Source: Leptogorgia sarmentosa
Lineage: Eukaryota
Direction: 5' to 3'
Assembly (NCBI GenBank): GCA_964658305.1
Contig: OZ210884.1
Span: 1,674,001-1,738,000 of the forward strand
DNA length: 64,000 nt
Below, piece after piece: positions 13,459-26,778 of this stretch (within the stretch, counting starts at the first letter, position 1; the number at the start of each line of letters is the position of its first letter). A program made the translations under genes and the position numbers. Below the pieces are notes generated by a model, which ran no database searches, was not told the origin of the DNA, and saw only the letters and a list, made by a program, of their open reading frames with translations.

Positions 13459-13972
13459 TTTTCAACACCCCAAAGATAAGTTGTGCCTGTGACCAAAAAT
13501 ATATCGGAACACTTCTTCCAAGCAACAACTGAAAACTGACGTTCCCTTAGCTTGTTCGCGGTTGTTATGTTTTCCACCAATGACGTTTGTGGTTAAGTGC
13601 CCGAAAAAGTTCCTTCCGTAATATAGCAATTGTTGTATTTTTAGAACTAAAAACGAATTCAAGTCTGTGCTCACTCTCACGATTTTTGGCAAGCGTGCTT
13701 ATACACTACAATGCATGCTTTGTTAACTATGCAGTGCAAGAAGATACAGTTATGCAGTGGCGTCGCCAGAGTCGATAAGTGGGGTGGACATATTCATATA
13801 TTCGTGTTCGCAGACCATAAAAACAATCTATTTCAAAAGAAATTAAATGTAAATAAAATATGTAAAACTTACGAGTTGCAAGCTACGGGTTACAAAGAAA
13901 GAGCGACAAATGGCATGTTCATTCACACTTTATCATCGTGAACAACAATGATCGTTTGTTCAACGTTTTAGC

Positions 13973-14460
13973 TAATAAAGGGTTATTGACCGAGCATGAG
14001 GTCTGTAGCTACTGTGAAATATCAGACCGAGGTTTTTTAGTATGGACCGAGCGATGAAGCAGAGAGGTCGATGTAAAAAACAGAGGTCTGATATTTCACA
14101 GTGCAGATCGGACAAGCGAGGTCAATAATCCGTTTATTATATGGCTGAATTGAGTTTTCATCATATATTTTCGCCGGAATTAAATCGGCTATCGTCAGTT
14201 TCACTGGGTAACAGTACGGTAGACAAACATGCTCAATGAAAAAGAATTTAGTTGTTTGAAATTCTGATGTCTAAATTTTACATTGGAAAATTAAAAAGCA
14301 AAAATCTTTTCTGTATATAAAGTGAAATTTCCCGCCAGATAAACGACATCCGGGACACCGGTCCAGATACGGAAAATACGGACCACGGTCCGGATATGGG
14401 TTTTTACGGACTGCTTGTCAACCAATCAGAATAGAGAATTTGGAAAAGCCATATAATAAT
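13973..14460. mobile_element. Crypton-like hairpin-ended element; inverted sibling at 25775-26145
   Basis: Terminal hairpin (gtgaaatatcagacc / ggtctgatatttcac), ttattatatggc / gccatataataa inverted pair and ccaatca motif. Its body is the reverse complement of 25775-26145. Confidence 0.6.
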
Positions 14461-15060
14461 GCTGTTTATATCGTGAATGATTTTTTTGTAAATTGAATAC
14501 ACTTTTCTCACGATTCGGCCAACTAAATACTAATTTCAGACGATTATTTTAGGCATCGCGTAGCTATTTACAAAGGAAGTAATTATATTCATGATCAAAG
14601 TGCTTGGCACAATATTTAACTTAATTGCTGCCGAGCGCCAGCGAGGCAGCGCACTATTCTTGACGTCACTGGACCCAGTCTTCCGCGCCGATCTATGTAT
14701 TGTCGAAAAGTCGATCTTTTCTCGGTGCCTCCATTTCCGGGATGACAGTGAACAGATGAATATGTGGGGGAGTGAATGATCACTTAAAATACCTTGTGCG
14801 CACGCAGGTTTCCTTCCATGTGCTCATGTTTTACAATTTACACAAACGATCGGAAATTTCAACGTAAAAATATGTCCCAATTACGTGACTGAAAGGAATA
14901 ACGGAGGAACTGTAGTAGATAAAGCGTAATCTATGAGTTCTCCGTATCAGTCGTATCAATGCTGCCTCTAGGCTCTAGACAACTTTTAAAGCCCGAATTT
15001 CTGGTATTCCTTTCGTGTATTGTATATTGTACATTTTACATTGACTATTAACGTTATTTA

Positions 15061-15227
15061 TACCAGGAAGAAAAGACCGCGGCTAAAATAAGTCGCGAAC
15101 GTAATCTTTTATACGGTATTTCACGAACCCTGGGCAAAAATTAGCCGCGGCTTATTCGCAAAGAAATTGTGCGTTTATTATACAGACGTTCGCGACTTAT
15201 TTTAGCCGCGGCTTATTCTTCCTCGTA
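15061..15227. mobile_element. Tc1/mariner-type MITE
   Basis: TIRs tac(c/g)aggaagaa...ccgcggctaaaataagtcgcgaacgt and its reverse complement, flanked by TA. Confidence 0.75.
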
Positions 15228-16405
15228 TATTGGCCCTATTGTCTATTGTCGCGACAACTAATTGAAATAGCTGTATCACATTTCACTTCTGTCATCGATC
15301 GTATGACTTAAAAATGCATCTTGCCCAGGCTTTTGAAAACTCGGCTATATTTATTACATTACGCAATTATTTTGACTTCGTATCGTTAAACTGTTTCAAA
15401 AGTAGACGGGTATTTTATAACCCAGCCGGAATTTTACAGTTTGTGCGTTACGGCAGCACTTTTCCTTGCGATAGTAACTCCTAGTTTACTACTGAAATTA
15501 TTATGCTAAAACAATTATTTGTTTGCACGTTTGCACTGTCCGTAGAGGATTTGCTCAAAAACGTCACATTTTCCGTGCTGGAACGACCACACTTTCTAAA
15601 CTGTGGTCGGGCGAAAACGGAGCGACAAATGGCGTGGTGTAAACACTCTCGCCGTTAATAATTCGCTACACTTTATAGTAACAGTGTTTGGTGGGAAAAC
15701 ATTATTTCGAATTAGCAATTTCTTGTTTTATTCAAAATGAAAATAATAAATCGGAATTCAAAAGGACAGTGTAAACGCAATCAAATTATGCCGTCACTTT
15801 TTCGCTCACGGCTTGTGTAAACGTAGTTTTAAACCATGCAATGTAGGCGATTTTGTTATGATTAAATAGCTACACATGACACAACGCCTACGCAAAACAG
15901 TTTCACAATACTCCTTGGCCTTGGCAAGTTGTTTTTACTCCTTATGTTTCGGCATGAGCAAATTTCTATGGTAACTAGCTATCTTGCATATTAGATATTA
16001 TCCATTCAAATCAGAATTACCACTAGATGAGCACTAAGTAACGATACCTGTAAAACAGGTGTATAATTTTTACTGCAGACAATCTGGACGTCATGCATGC
16101 TATATGCAAATATTGTTGCGTTATATAAAGAGCATGAATAAAATCAATTTTGAAAGAAATGGATGATGATATCGATCTAACATTTGCATATAGCATATGA
16201 CCAATTATTTCGGTCCAGCTGACACATGCACGGAATGCAGGCATTCTCTTTGACAACCCTTCGATAATTTCAATCAAAACATGTACTACCCCGATAAGGA
16301 GAGTAATCTTTTCTCACAGAAAGTTGTCTGAGGGCAATTTTTTTCTTCTTGACAGCTATACACAGCTTGACAGCAAAATAGAAACCGGTTCTAACCGGGT
16401 ATAGA

Positions 16406-16522
16406 GGGAATTTCCCTTGAGCAAATTCATTTCAAAACGTAAAATTAAAAAGAACAGTTTGGAAATTCTGTATCGTATAAAAGTACCAATAATTGAGGAG
16501 TTCTAAAGAGTTTCAGGTATGT
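16406..16522 (+). promoter_or_regulatory. Candidate promoter and short first exon: kB-consensus site, TATA box, splice donor
   Basis: GGGAATTTCC at 16406-16415, TATAAAAG at 16476-16483 and cag|GTATGT at 16517; all three are identical in the paralog. Confidence 0.5.
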
Positions 16523-17683
16523 AGGTCTTTCTAATATTCTATAAGACTGTGATATGGTGATGGTATTCAATAATGATTAATTAATTGTTCTATGTGTTGT
16601 AATCTGCAATCATTTCGTAAACAATTTCGTCAATGTCATTAGGTCTTCAATTGAAAGATCGCTCAGAGAATTTCTGTTCCCTTTTGCTTTTATTAATGAT
16701 ATTCCGAACAGAATTTCCAATTCGAATTGCGATCTCGCACGTGTGGGGTGTACATAAGGGTGTAGCAGTCCAGATTCGGTTGGTATTTGTTGTATTTATT
16801 TGCTATTCAATATTGGAATTATGTTATTTATCGAGGGTTCCTCCGCTGCACCACGGAAACATATTACCGTGACAGTGTGATGTAAAGAAGAATTTTATCT
16901 TTCTGTATAACTGTTTGGTAAATGATTTAGGAATTACTTGTAGTTTAGAAAGCAGATATACCGCGATCTGAATGTACAAATTAACAGATAGCAGATAACA
17001 ACGTAACATCGACAATTTTTAGTAAGTTCCGGTCGGTACCAAACGATATCTAGAACGAAATTCGACGTTTAAGAAGACGACGTTAAAGACTTTCGGCAAG
17101 TAATTTAAATCGAAACTTTAAAACTTATTCTACCGCGGTTCCCTGCCAGTTGGAACAATCTAGCAAGTTAGCAACTTAGTAATAATTCGATAGGATCGAT
17201 TGAATTGAATTCATGAAATATTAATAAGATGAGTTTTAAAGCGAAGTGTGATTATGCACTGTTTAATGATTGAGATCGTACGCTCGATCGTTTATACTAG
17301 AAAGTCGATGTTGAATACAACACGTATAAAATATTTTTCGGTGTCGAATAATCTCTAAGTTTCTATCCATGGGGCCATACATTCCCGTTCTGTCTGACTA
17401 ATTTCTTTTCAAATGAATTTAAAAACCCCTGATCGCATGCAAAAGAAATTGCTCGGGTTTGGATGATGGTATACAGCTAGGGTGCTGTAGGTTGTTCAGC
17501 AAAACTCTACTCAATCTACATCCTCACTGGACGAATTGCGTTTTCATAATTAGGAAAATTATTCCGTTTATGGCAATATAGGGCTAACCACAGACGCTAA
17601 CACTTCAAATTGTGTATTCAGATCAACTTTTCGTTGTCCGAAGTTGTAGTGATTTGTAAATGAAAAATCCTGGAATATGCAGC

Positions 17684-18141
17684 CATTGGCGTAGCGAAGC
17701 CATTCCGATAGGGGGAGTGTAAAGCAAAATATTTTACCGACCTAAATAGGTTTGGGCATGACAGGGCCGGATTATTTGTTGGGGAGGGGGAGTCTCACGA
17801 GACGCCACCATGGGTGGCGTCGAGCGAGAAAATCTTGTGAATTTAGAGCCTCTAGATCGCCGGAAACGGCCATTTCAGAGTGTTAACCAAAGCCTTAACA
17901 CTCAGAATAGAGTATAGAGGTCTTAGATGTTGTACAACCACAGCTTGCGAACTAATCGTACACGGACATAGACACCAGACATATACTTTTACATATTTTA
18001 CTTTTCTGCACTCTCTGTGATTTAATGACATAAATTGAAAATTTACCGACTGCTTTGGCTTCAAAAGCGACCGCAATTCATTTACCGACCATTTTCAAAA
18101 TAATCACACCCCCCCCCCCCCCCCCGCTCGCTACGCCCATG
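17684..18141. mobile_element. hAT-type MITE
   Basis: TIRs cattggcgtagcga / tcgctacgcccatg; 8-bp TSD tatgcagc (17676-17683 and 18142-18149). The empty site gaatatgcagccattaaataag is visible in the paralog near 40625. Confidence 0.9.
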
Positions 18142-18976
18142 TATGCAGCTATTAAATAAGTTACGATAGATCTGAAATTTGTGAACTCGTATAGGCCTTT
18201 CATATTAAACGACCTAGGGGCGAAATTTGCACGTGGCTACAGTAAATTTGTTTCGATCACAACAATGAAAAATTCAAATAAATATATATAGTAGACAGTG
18301 AGATACTGAAAAATACACAATGATAGATTTTGCATATCTTCACTGGTAGAGATGTGGACCAAGTGATCACTGGCTGCCAAAAAACTTGTTCTTAAAATGG
18401 CAACGTTCGTCTAAGAGCGGCAAACCAATTTTTGTGTTTTTCCATGAAAAATCAACTATGTTCTTGTTAATTCTTTGAATGTTTGCATGGTAAAGATAAT
18501 ATTTCTTTATAAAGTTATTATTGCAAATAAAATTTTAATTTATTTAATTTATTTAATTTATTTGATTTATTTGCGAGAATAATATTACGTCGTTTAAACT
18601 AAAAACTTTATAATTATAAATAAGTAATGTTGTTGTTGTTGTTCTTGTATATACATAGCTATATATTATATATAACTAATTAGTTTCTTTACAGAAAAAT
18701 TTTCTGATAGCGCTCAACTTTTAGGAGCAGTAATTACAATAAAAAGAAATTTCTATTAATTTTATGGTAATTTAATTTCCCATTTCTTTCTAAAGGGAAG
18801 AAGATTGTCATTTTGAATACTAAAGTGATCTATGTCCGTCAAGGCCTAAAAGGAAAAAAAGGTATTGTGATTCTACTTACATACAGTAGACTGTGGATAT
18901 GTAACAATTTATGCGTATATTTACGACATTAACAAAAACAGAATCATCTGCTTGGGAATATAAATAGCAATAAATC

Positions 18977-21202
18977 ATGAATAATTCGATACTCCAGGAA
19001 ATCGCTATATGGGAAGAAATTAACGAAGCTAATACTGATTTATTCGATCAACAATATATAAAAGAGAGAGTTTTAACCGCGCTAAATTACTATTTAAAAC
19101 ATCAGAAAGTGGAATGCGGCCAATTTGAGCCATTTGAATTGGAGATGTTGTTTGAATCTCTTCGATATGCTTTCAAAATTGATCGCATACTTGATGAAAA
19201 AGTTACGGATCGAATTCTTTTACAAGGCTTTCAAGCAATGACCATGAGTGGCAGTGGATTATTGACCGATCCGGAAATCCTATTGTGGGTCAAAAATGTC
19301 AATGATTCGACCCAACATTTTTTGAGTAACTTAGATTGTTTAGATGATTACGAAAATTGCTGCATTGGTTGTAGCTACTCCATACTCGCCTTAGCTTTTG
19401 GTCAAGTGCGTCGATCCTCGGGGTGGATTAGAACAACTTCGGTAGAATTGCCACCTGATATAGACAAAATAGTTGAAGTTTTGACCCAATGGATTTGCGC
19501 GCTATCACAATATACATTAGCCACCTTATCACTTATGTCTTCATGCCGCTCTTGTCGATACCTTTCTTTTCATGAATTAACTAAATTAACAAAAGCATTG
19601 ATTGGTATTATTCAACGAAGGGATGTTTCCTGGCATTTAATAACGCCTGACAATTGCGTGAATTTGAAAACAGTACTTAGGGCGCCCTTTATTCAGAGTA
19701 TAGCCTTTGAGTGCGAGGAGATAGTTCCATCGTATTTAACGAAGGCAAAGAACCGTGAAGCAGCCTTTTTAGCGCAAGATATCAATAAGACAAGACGTAT
19801 CCGAGCTGATCGCATACTTCAACCGCGTTCAGATGAAATGGATAAAACATGGGCAATGATTAAAGAAGACGAAGAAAAATTACGACTGCATGAAATCAGC
19901 ATTCAAATTAGGGAACATGAAAAACACTCCACTGTGTTAATGTTTCATATTGATTACTACGGCGCTCTTCATTGTTGTGTTTTAAATGACGAAGTGAATT
20001 TGATCTCATTTCCTGCCATTCATCAAGAAGACTTAATTTCTAAAATAGAAATGTTACTCAAACCTTGTAATATTGACATCCCTAGAGACTTTTCCTTCTT
20101 TGCGGATAGGAAAGACGAAATAGACCCATTGAGCACTAAAACTAGGACCGCTGAAACAGACACAGAAAGGGGCGAGGGTAACATGAATGCACCGAAACCA
20201 CCGTCTCTAACGCCATTGCAAAAAGCAACTGCAAAACAAAGGGAAATGGATGCAAGTTGGGCACGTAAACATCTTTTCAAGATCTTATTACACCCTCTTG
20301 AAAACTTTATCAAAGGTACAAAGCTAATCATTATTCCAGATAAATTCCTGTTCCTCCTTCCGTTTTCGTGTTTGCTGGATGAATGTGACAAGTCACTTTC
20401 AATGTCTTACAACATACAAATAGTTCCAAGTCTACATTACCTGCTGTCGAGTTTGGCTGATACCCCGCATTCTCCCACAATCGGTCCAGCAATGTGTGTT
20501 GGAAATCCAAATCTTGAAGGTATTGCCAAACATGAAAGTGAACAAGGCAATATGACACCAAGACCTCTCCAATATGCCGATGTCGAAGCGCAGCAAATTG
20601 CGGCAATGTTTAATACAAACCCTATTACTGGCGTTCACGCAACGAAGATATCCATTTTTGCAAATCTCGAAAAGGTCAGCATTCTTCATATTGCATCTCA
20701 CGGCGCATCAAATTTTGGGTCGATATTTCTCAGCCCTGATTTCAATTTTCCGTTTTCTGATCTTGCAGAGCAACAAGCTTATCTGTTGCGCGAATTCGAT
20801 CTGATGTTTTTGCAAATGAGTGCTCGACTAGTTTTTCTTTCTTGCTGTTGCACAGCACGTGGTGCGGTTTTGAGGGAAGGTGTTTTTGGTATTGCGAGAG
20901 CATTTTTAGATGCTGGGGCACGTTGTGTGATAGTGACCTTGTGGCCTATAAACGATTCAGTAACTAGTGAGTTTGCGCACAGATTCTACACTAAGTTATT
21001 TGATGAAAAGTCGGCTTGCGAGGCTCTTCAATTGACAATGATCGAATTCCAAGAAGATAGAAATCCAGTATACCAGTTGTTCACTTCCTGGGCGCCATTC
21101 CAAGTTCTTGGAGAGGATGTTAGATTCACGAAAGAGGAAATCAAAGAAATACGTCGGCAGGGAGATGCTAAAGTGTCGTATTTTGACCACTATGATAAAT
21201 GA
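18977..21202 (+). CDS. Intronless CHAT-domain protease (clan CD; TTC28-like C-terminal half)
   Basis: 741-aa ORF with CHAT motifs LIIIPDKFLFLLPF, VGNP, LHIASHG (His575), LVFLSCC (Cys624), EGVFGIARAFLDAGARCVIVTLWPIND and WAPFQVLG. The N-terminal region looks helical but has no obvious canonical TPRs. Confidence 0.93.
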   Translation: MNNSILQEIAIWEEINEANTDLFDQQYIKERVLTALNYYLKHQKVECGQFEPFELEMLFESLRYAFKIDRILDEKVTDRILLQGFQAMTMSGSGLLTDPEILLWVKNVNDSTQHFLSNLDCLDDYENCCIGCSYSILALAFGQVRRSSGWIRTTSVELPPDIDKIVEVLTQWICALSQYTLATLSLMSSCRSCRYLSFHELTKLTKALIGIIQRRDVSWHLITPDNCVNLKTVLRAPFIQSIAFECEEIVPSYLTKAKNREAAFLAQDINKTRRIRADRILQPRSDEMDKTWAMIKEDEEKLRLHEISIQIREHEKHSTVLMFHIDYYGALHCCVLNDEVNLISFPAIHQEDLISKIEMLLKPCNIDIPRDFSFFADRKDEIDPLSTKTRTAETDTERGEGNMNAPKPPSLTPLQKATAKQREMDASWARKHLFKILLHPLENFIKGTKLIIIPDKFLFLLPFSCLLDECDKSLSMSYNIQIVPSLHYLLSSLADTPHSPTIGPAMCVGNPNLEGIAKHESEQGNMTPRPLQYADVEAQQIAAMFNTNPITGVHATKISIFANLEKVSILHIASHGASNFGSIFLSPDFNFPFSDLAEQQAYLLREFDLMFLQMSARLVFLSCCCTARGAVLREGVFGIARAFLDAGARCVIVTLWPINDSVTSEFAHRFYTKLFDEKSACEALQLTMIEFQEDRNPVYQLFTSWAPFQVLGEDVRFTKEEIKEIRRQGDAKVSYFDHYDK

Positions 21203-23370
21203 ATGGCAGTATAATGTAAACAACGTGAACCTGAGTTTTATAGCACTTGTTTCTAGTATTCTATTTTAAAGGTATTTCTGTAATAGAATAGACCTTTCTT
21301 TATGTTAATTTACATCTGATGTCGTGGATGACAAGAAATTTCATTATGTAGAAAAAACCTTTCACCATATAACTCAGCGTAAAGTATTTGTATAATCCTA
21401 TTTATTGTGTTGTCACGCCCCATTTACTAGCTAGATTTCTACTGACTAATTTTCTAGTTGACACTTTTTAGGAAACAGGAGACCTAATTTACACAATTTG
21501 GAATTCTTCAGCAGCTGAGATGGATGAAACGTCGACGTCTCAATTAATGCCAAGTGTTTCATGTCAGACTACTGTACGTGTAAGCTTTTATGAAAGTGTT
21601 GCATACTACATACAATTGCCCTGCGCTCCCAAACTGAGGACATGCATGCAGATAGGGCCAATACAAACGCAACTGTTTTCATTTGAAACCGCGCCTATGC
21701 AAAAAAAAGGTAAATGTTGACTTTTTCATTTATTCGCAAATCCTTGGTATTTTGCAAGATTAAAAACATGGTTGGTATTGAAACTTAAAAATTCCATCTT
21801 GACCTAATTATTATTTTGTCATTCAATGTTACATAATATTTAATGGGCAATTAAGTTATTTCGGGGCAAAATTTCGGGCGAGGTCTCTCGAGTTGGTTCT
21901 AAGTATTATGATACAGTGAGTGATGTGAAAAGCGAATTTTTCTGATGCCTTTTCATAGCAATACTCTTTTGGAAGTTCACAGAATTGAACCCTTTGAGTT
22001 GTTAAGGATATTAAACAACCTTTTACGTATACCATTACAGGTTTAGTAATATTGTTTAATGTTCTTAACAGCAGTGCAACAATTTTCCGTTGTTTTCTTA
22101 TTATTCTACTTCTGAAAACGTTTTGAAATTTATGAACATAGTTTTTAAACATCGTTTTGTCTCGGCATATATTTGTTTCTATCTTTGCAATTAAAATTCT
22201 GGCGTAAAAAAAGTGAAAAAAGTTTTCCGGCATCAAAGTTGAGGTCCCGCGTCTGCACGCTATTCTGCTTTGAAAAAATCGAAACCAAATCTGAAGACAG
22301 AAATATTGATAATGAGAAGAGTTTCTAAAATTAGCGGAAAAATCGGTGAACGCTAAGTTTTTACCGATTGCCTCGTGGCGTGGCTGGTCAATTTATTGCG
22401 AAAAATGATACATGTGTTTTTGCAATTCAACTGCAAAAACATAGCGGGTCACAGCTTTGTGAAAAGAAATTTTAAAATTGACAATAACGCTTTTTATAGC
22501 TGTCAATTTGCATGGTCTGGCTCCGTTGGTTATTCGGAGGCAAATTAAAACAAACAAAAAAACAAAACAATTTTCTTTCAAAAGGTTTTTTCTGAGATCA
22601 TTTTTATCCATTTCTAGTAATAGCCTAAAACGGCAAGGAATTTTTCGGTACGTAAATAAGACCACAGAAGAGTTTGTGGTGGCCCATTCAATATGGCTGC
22701 CATTATCTCCATTTTCCCATTGCCGAAGGTCTATGCTAATGAACTGAATACAATTGGAAGGCTACATCCCGCTGCTACTTCGCATGATCGGATACTCGTG
22801 TTGCGAGAAATGCTAGAAATTGGTTTCAAATATTAATGTTGCGCCTACAAAAATATTGAAATAACTATGCATAAAAAGTTTTTTGAGAAGGTTTCATCAT
22901 CGACTAAGGGAAATAATGAAAAACACGTTTTTCGCCATTTTGAGAAGAAACTGGAATGATCTTGGCTTCAAGTTTCCGCTTGAAGTTATGTCAGTAGTTA
23001 AGGCTGTGTGCTTTATCCAGTTGTATTCAGATCAGTGGTAAAAAGTTTTATGAATGCCATGCTAATTAGTAGAATTGTTTTAAAACGAATACCTTTACAT
23101 AGTCAATCTAAATTTATTATTCATGATTTGTGAACTACGTATATGTAATTAATGGTTCATTCAAAATATCTTCAATAACCAAATATTATAGGTAATAAGA
23201 TAACTGATATATTAATGAACTGCTGGTGAAAAAGGAAAATTATTACGTTTTAAAATCGACGGACACCCAAGAATGCACAATCGATCTACATATTCCTGAC
23301 CCGAAGTTCTTCCACCCATGCAAGCATCGTTTGCGTGTGCTGTAAACACACGGCAAAGCACATTTGTTTT

Positions 23371-23715
23371 TGAAACTGAAAAAAATTTATCTGCAGGAAA
23401 GTTATACACATGTTCTTCGTGAAGGTGCTTCCTCGAACTGTTCTCGTATTTGGGTGTTGAAACTCAAGAAAATTGAACTGCAGGAAAGTTAAAAACACGT
23501 TCCTCGTGGAGGTGCTTCCTCGAACTGTTCTCGTATTCGGGTGTTGAAACTGAAGAAAATTGAACTGCATGCAGGAAAGTTAAAAACACGTTCCTCAGGA
23601 AGGTGCTTCCTCGAACTGTTCTCGTATTTGGGTGTTGAAACTCAAGAAAATAAAATTGAACTGCAGGAAAGTTATAAACACGTTCCTCGTGAAGGTGCTT
23701 CCTCGAACTGTTCCC
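23371..23715. repeat. Minisatellite, ~87-91-bp unit x 4
   Basis: Unit tgaaact..agaaaattgaactgcaggaaagtta..aacacgttcctcgtgaaggtgcttcctcgaactgttctcgtatttgggtgt. Confidence 0.9.
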
Positions 23716-25774
23716 GTTTGCAACGCTGCGAGATTGTAGAAAGGATACGTTGTTCCAAATTGAATTGTTTCATTGGATGAAGGGAAGAAAATTGATAAAC
23801 GAATCCCACAATCCGGTGTCAACACATTATTATGGTATTATCTATTCTCAAGATAAAACATAAAGTTGCTAAAGTAGTTACTAAAATATGACACGAATCA
23901 GTGGTCGTTTGTACAAAATTATCATTTTGGAATTCTTTACTGTACGATGGTCATGAGCGGCTTCTAAATTATGGAAAAATGAATTACTGTACAGAAGCGA
24001 CGCGAAAGGCTGACAGTGGATTTCGACAATAATTTCCTTGTTAACATTTACAGAAATGACATATTTTTATCAACGTTGGTTCGTCAGTTCTGAACTCAAA
24101 TACTTGCAGCAGCGCAAGTGGTGAGGATTATTCGAAAAAGGTCGTTTTCATTATCTTTGGAAACAATACAAGTCCAAAGGACGTGTAACGTTGATATTTA
24201 ATTGGATTCTAGTCGGATGTGATTGTAAAAAGCAAAGAATTAAAACATCAGGTTGACTACAGTTGCTTTTCTGCATGGGAGTATAGCTATGCCTAATAAC
24301 TAAAGATTGGCAAGCCGGCAATTGGTTGATGGGATCGAGTTTGGTGGAGATCGATTGTGTAGTTGAAGTGGAAATTAAAGGACATGTGGAGAACTAATTC
24401 TGCTTATAATAACGCATGCCTATCTTTTAGTTACAAGTTGTTGACTGTATGTAAGTGATGGGAAACATGATTCATTTGGACAAGCAGGTCACGAGAAAGG
24501 GAAATCAAAATCCTCTCGCGCCCTGCTTTGTCAAAATTCTTCATGTAACCTACGCGTTCTTTCCTTAAAATATATTTGAAAAAGTTGTTCATTGCAAACC
24601 TTTAACTCGAAACCTTCAAAACTTCGCTCTAGGCGCGCAAGTCCTGACGGGTGCGCAAGTTTCAGGCTTAGCTGTCAGGTATTTGATTTCTTGACAGGAA
24701 ATGATTCCGTGTACCTCCATACCAAGCAATCAGTGCCATTTATGATTTCTAATCGGATTAAAATAATATTATGTTTGACTGTCGCTCTCAGTTGAAGATT
24801 TACGATTTAGAGTTTATATGTTTTGCACGGGACAACTTCCCTGAATTACCTACTGTATCCTATATGTATCTGAAGTAAGAAACAATAATATGATAAACAA
24901 TATACTCTATAGCTAACGTCAATAATATCTTCACCATATTATATAGGTTTGTAGCGAGTTTCCATCTAACAAAGACAATAAAACAAAAAAAAAAACAAAA
25001 GAAAAAATATGAAAAAAAATATTGGCACTTTAATTACGATAATTGTATAGTAAACATAAATCTGCATGTGAGTATTATATCTATATATCCTAATAATAAA
25101 ATGTGTTTTTTTCTTGTATCATTTTTGGATCAGTGTCTTTCACATTGAATACATACAGGAGGAAAGATTAATTTGTACTAACTGTGCAACGCGGCATTTT
25201 CCGCGATTGTATTTAATTTGCAATATTAGTTACAAATGTTTGCTAAATTTAGAACAAGATTTTGCGTGAAATATCCACTAGTCTTGTGCATTTTGGCAAA
25301 TGAAAGATAATTTGGACCAAATTTATACTATACCATCCTGTTTCATCCTGTATCTTGGTAAAAAATTGTTTTCCACATTTTTTGATAAACTTCAAATTTT
25401 TTGATAAACTTCAATAGAATCTGCAACATAGTAGGCTTGATGGGAAAACAGGACATGGAACATTTGCAATGGTTGCAGAGTATGGACAAATCTTTTTTTT
25501 TTTCGTTTGCATGTTTGATGTTTCCAACAAAGCACTATTTCCTGAGCTAGTGTTCCATGCCCATCAGTAGGTTCAATTGCTGCCAAACGAGCTACTATAT
25601 ATACCAAAATTTTTATGTGGTTTCCTACTGTCAGGATTTAATTAATGCACCGTATTGACTTTTGAAATTGACATCGATCATGAGTGTATAAATAGAGTGG
25701 AACTCTAGTTTTAACCGTGAGTATACGAGTAAAAAAAGTGTATTACGGATTAGAATGATTGACATGTTAAAAAC

Positions 25775-26145
25775 AATTATTATATGGTTTTTCAAAATGC
25801 TCTATTCTGATTCTTTGACAAGCAGTCCGTAAAAAGCCCATATCAGGACCGTGGTCCGTATTTTCCGTAGCTCGACCGGTCTCCCGGATGTCGTTCATCT
25901 GGCGGGAAATTTCCCTTTGCAAACCAAAAATATTTTTCATTCTTAATTTTCCAATTTAAAAGTTGCAGATAAAAATTTCTTACAACTAAATTGATTTTTA
26001 TTGAGCATGTACGTCTGCCGTACTGTTACCCAGCGAAACTGATTATAGTCGATTTAATTCGCGCAAAAAGCATGTAATTCTTAAGCTCAAGACTCAATTC
26101 GCCCATATAATAAACTGATTATTGATCTCGCCTGTTCGGTCAACA
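25775..26145. mobile_element. Crypton-like element; inverted, truncated sibling of 13973-14460
   Basis: Reverse-complement similarity, e.g. ggaccgtggtccgtattttccgta and ccgtactgttacccag. Confidence 0.6.
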
Positions 26146-26469
26146 GGACATTTTTCTAACTTTCTAATGTACTTATGGCATCTAATCGAAACGCCACAAT
26201 TATACACGCGGGCTTTTTCAATATATATATATATATTAAAGTGTAGACCTCTTTCTCCTCTAAACGTCAAACACACCCAGTCCTTCGCTCGATTGGGAAA
26301 TGGCTAATGGACAACAATAGACTATCAGACGACCAGAAGCCAATCTTACAGTATATAAACCTTAAAACCAATCTTATAGGCCATAACAAACATAATTATT
26401 GCATACTCTGACTAATCCTGGTAATCATGTAGCTATACGATCTTTCGATTGAGTATATGCGGTGAAAAT

Positions 26470-26778
26470 ATGCCCAGATTTGTTTGAATTTTCCTCAACT
26501 ATAAGAAAATTTAAGTTTAACGTAGTTGAGGTAGTATTATTTATAGTATTTACATAATTATAGGAAAAGCGCACTGTGTCACACTGCATATACGTCATAA
26601 CCGGACCTTTTGGCCGCGCAGGAATTTCATCAGGTAACATGTCTCACAGCCCAACTTTGAACATAAAATTCGCAAACTTTTAGTTCGAAGTTTTCAACAA
26701 GATTGGTATTAATAAGCTCGCAAAAGATGAAATCTTCAGATTATGTAAAAAAATCGAAATTTCATTTCATATGCACTT
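26470..26778. repeat. Dispersed repeat (TE end fragment); inverted copy at ~38567-38865
   Basis: aggtaacatgtctcacag..ccaactttgaacataaaatt...aaaatcgaaatttcatttcatatgcac is the reverse complement of the 38.6-kb copy. Confidence 0.8.

Larger units (their letters stand above)
16367..18238 (+). repeat. Segmental duplication, copy A (upstream of the CHAT gene); paralog at 37868-40716
   Basis: Long collinear similarity, e.g. cattaggtcttcaattgaaagatcgctcag, ttttagtaagttccggtcggtaccaaacgatatctag and ctatccatggggccatacattcccgttctgtctgactaatttctttt. Confidence 0.92.

Noticed and set aside
13153..13692. In-frame TGA (…LGC*KMTHQ…) joining two minus-strand ORFs, suggesting selenocysteine or readthrough
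   Set aside because: The upstream ORF is not protein-like and contains a plausible splice acceptor. No SECIS could be recognised by eye.
23890..24420. Slightly GC-richer, coding-looking stretch (also ~25390-25610)
   Set aside because: Stops in the frames examined and no recognisable motif. It may be a decayed gene or TE but cannot be supported.
25903..25914. Additional kB-like site gggaaatttccc
   Set aside because: It lies inside a Crypton-like repeat with no adjacent TATA box or donor. It shows such motifs can occur incidentally.
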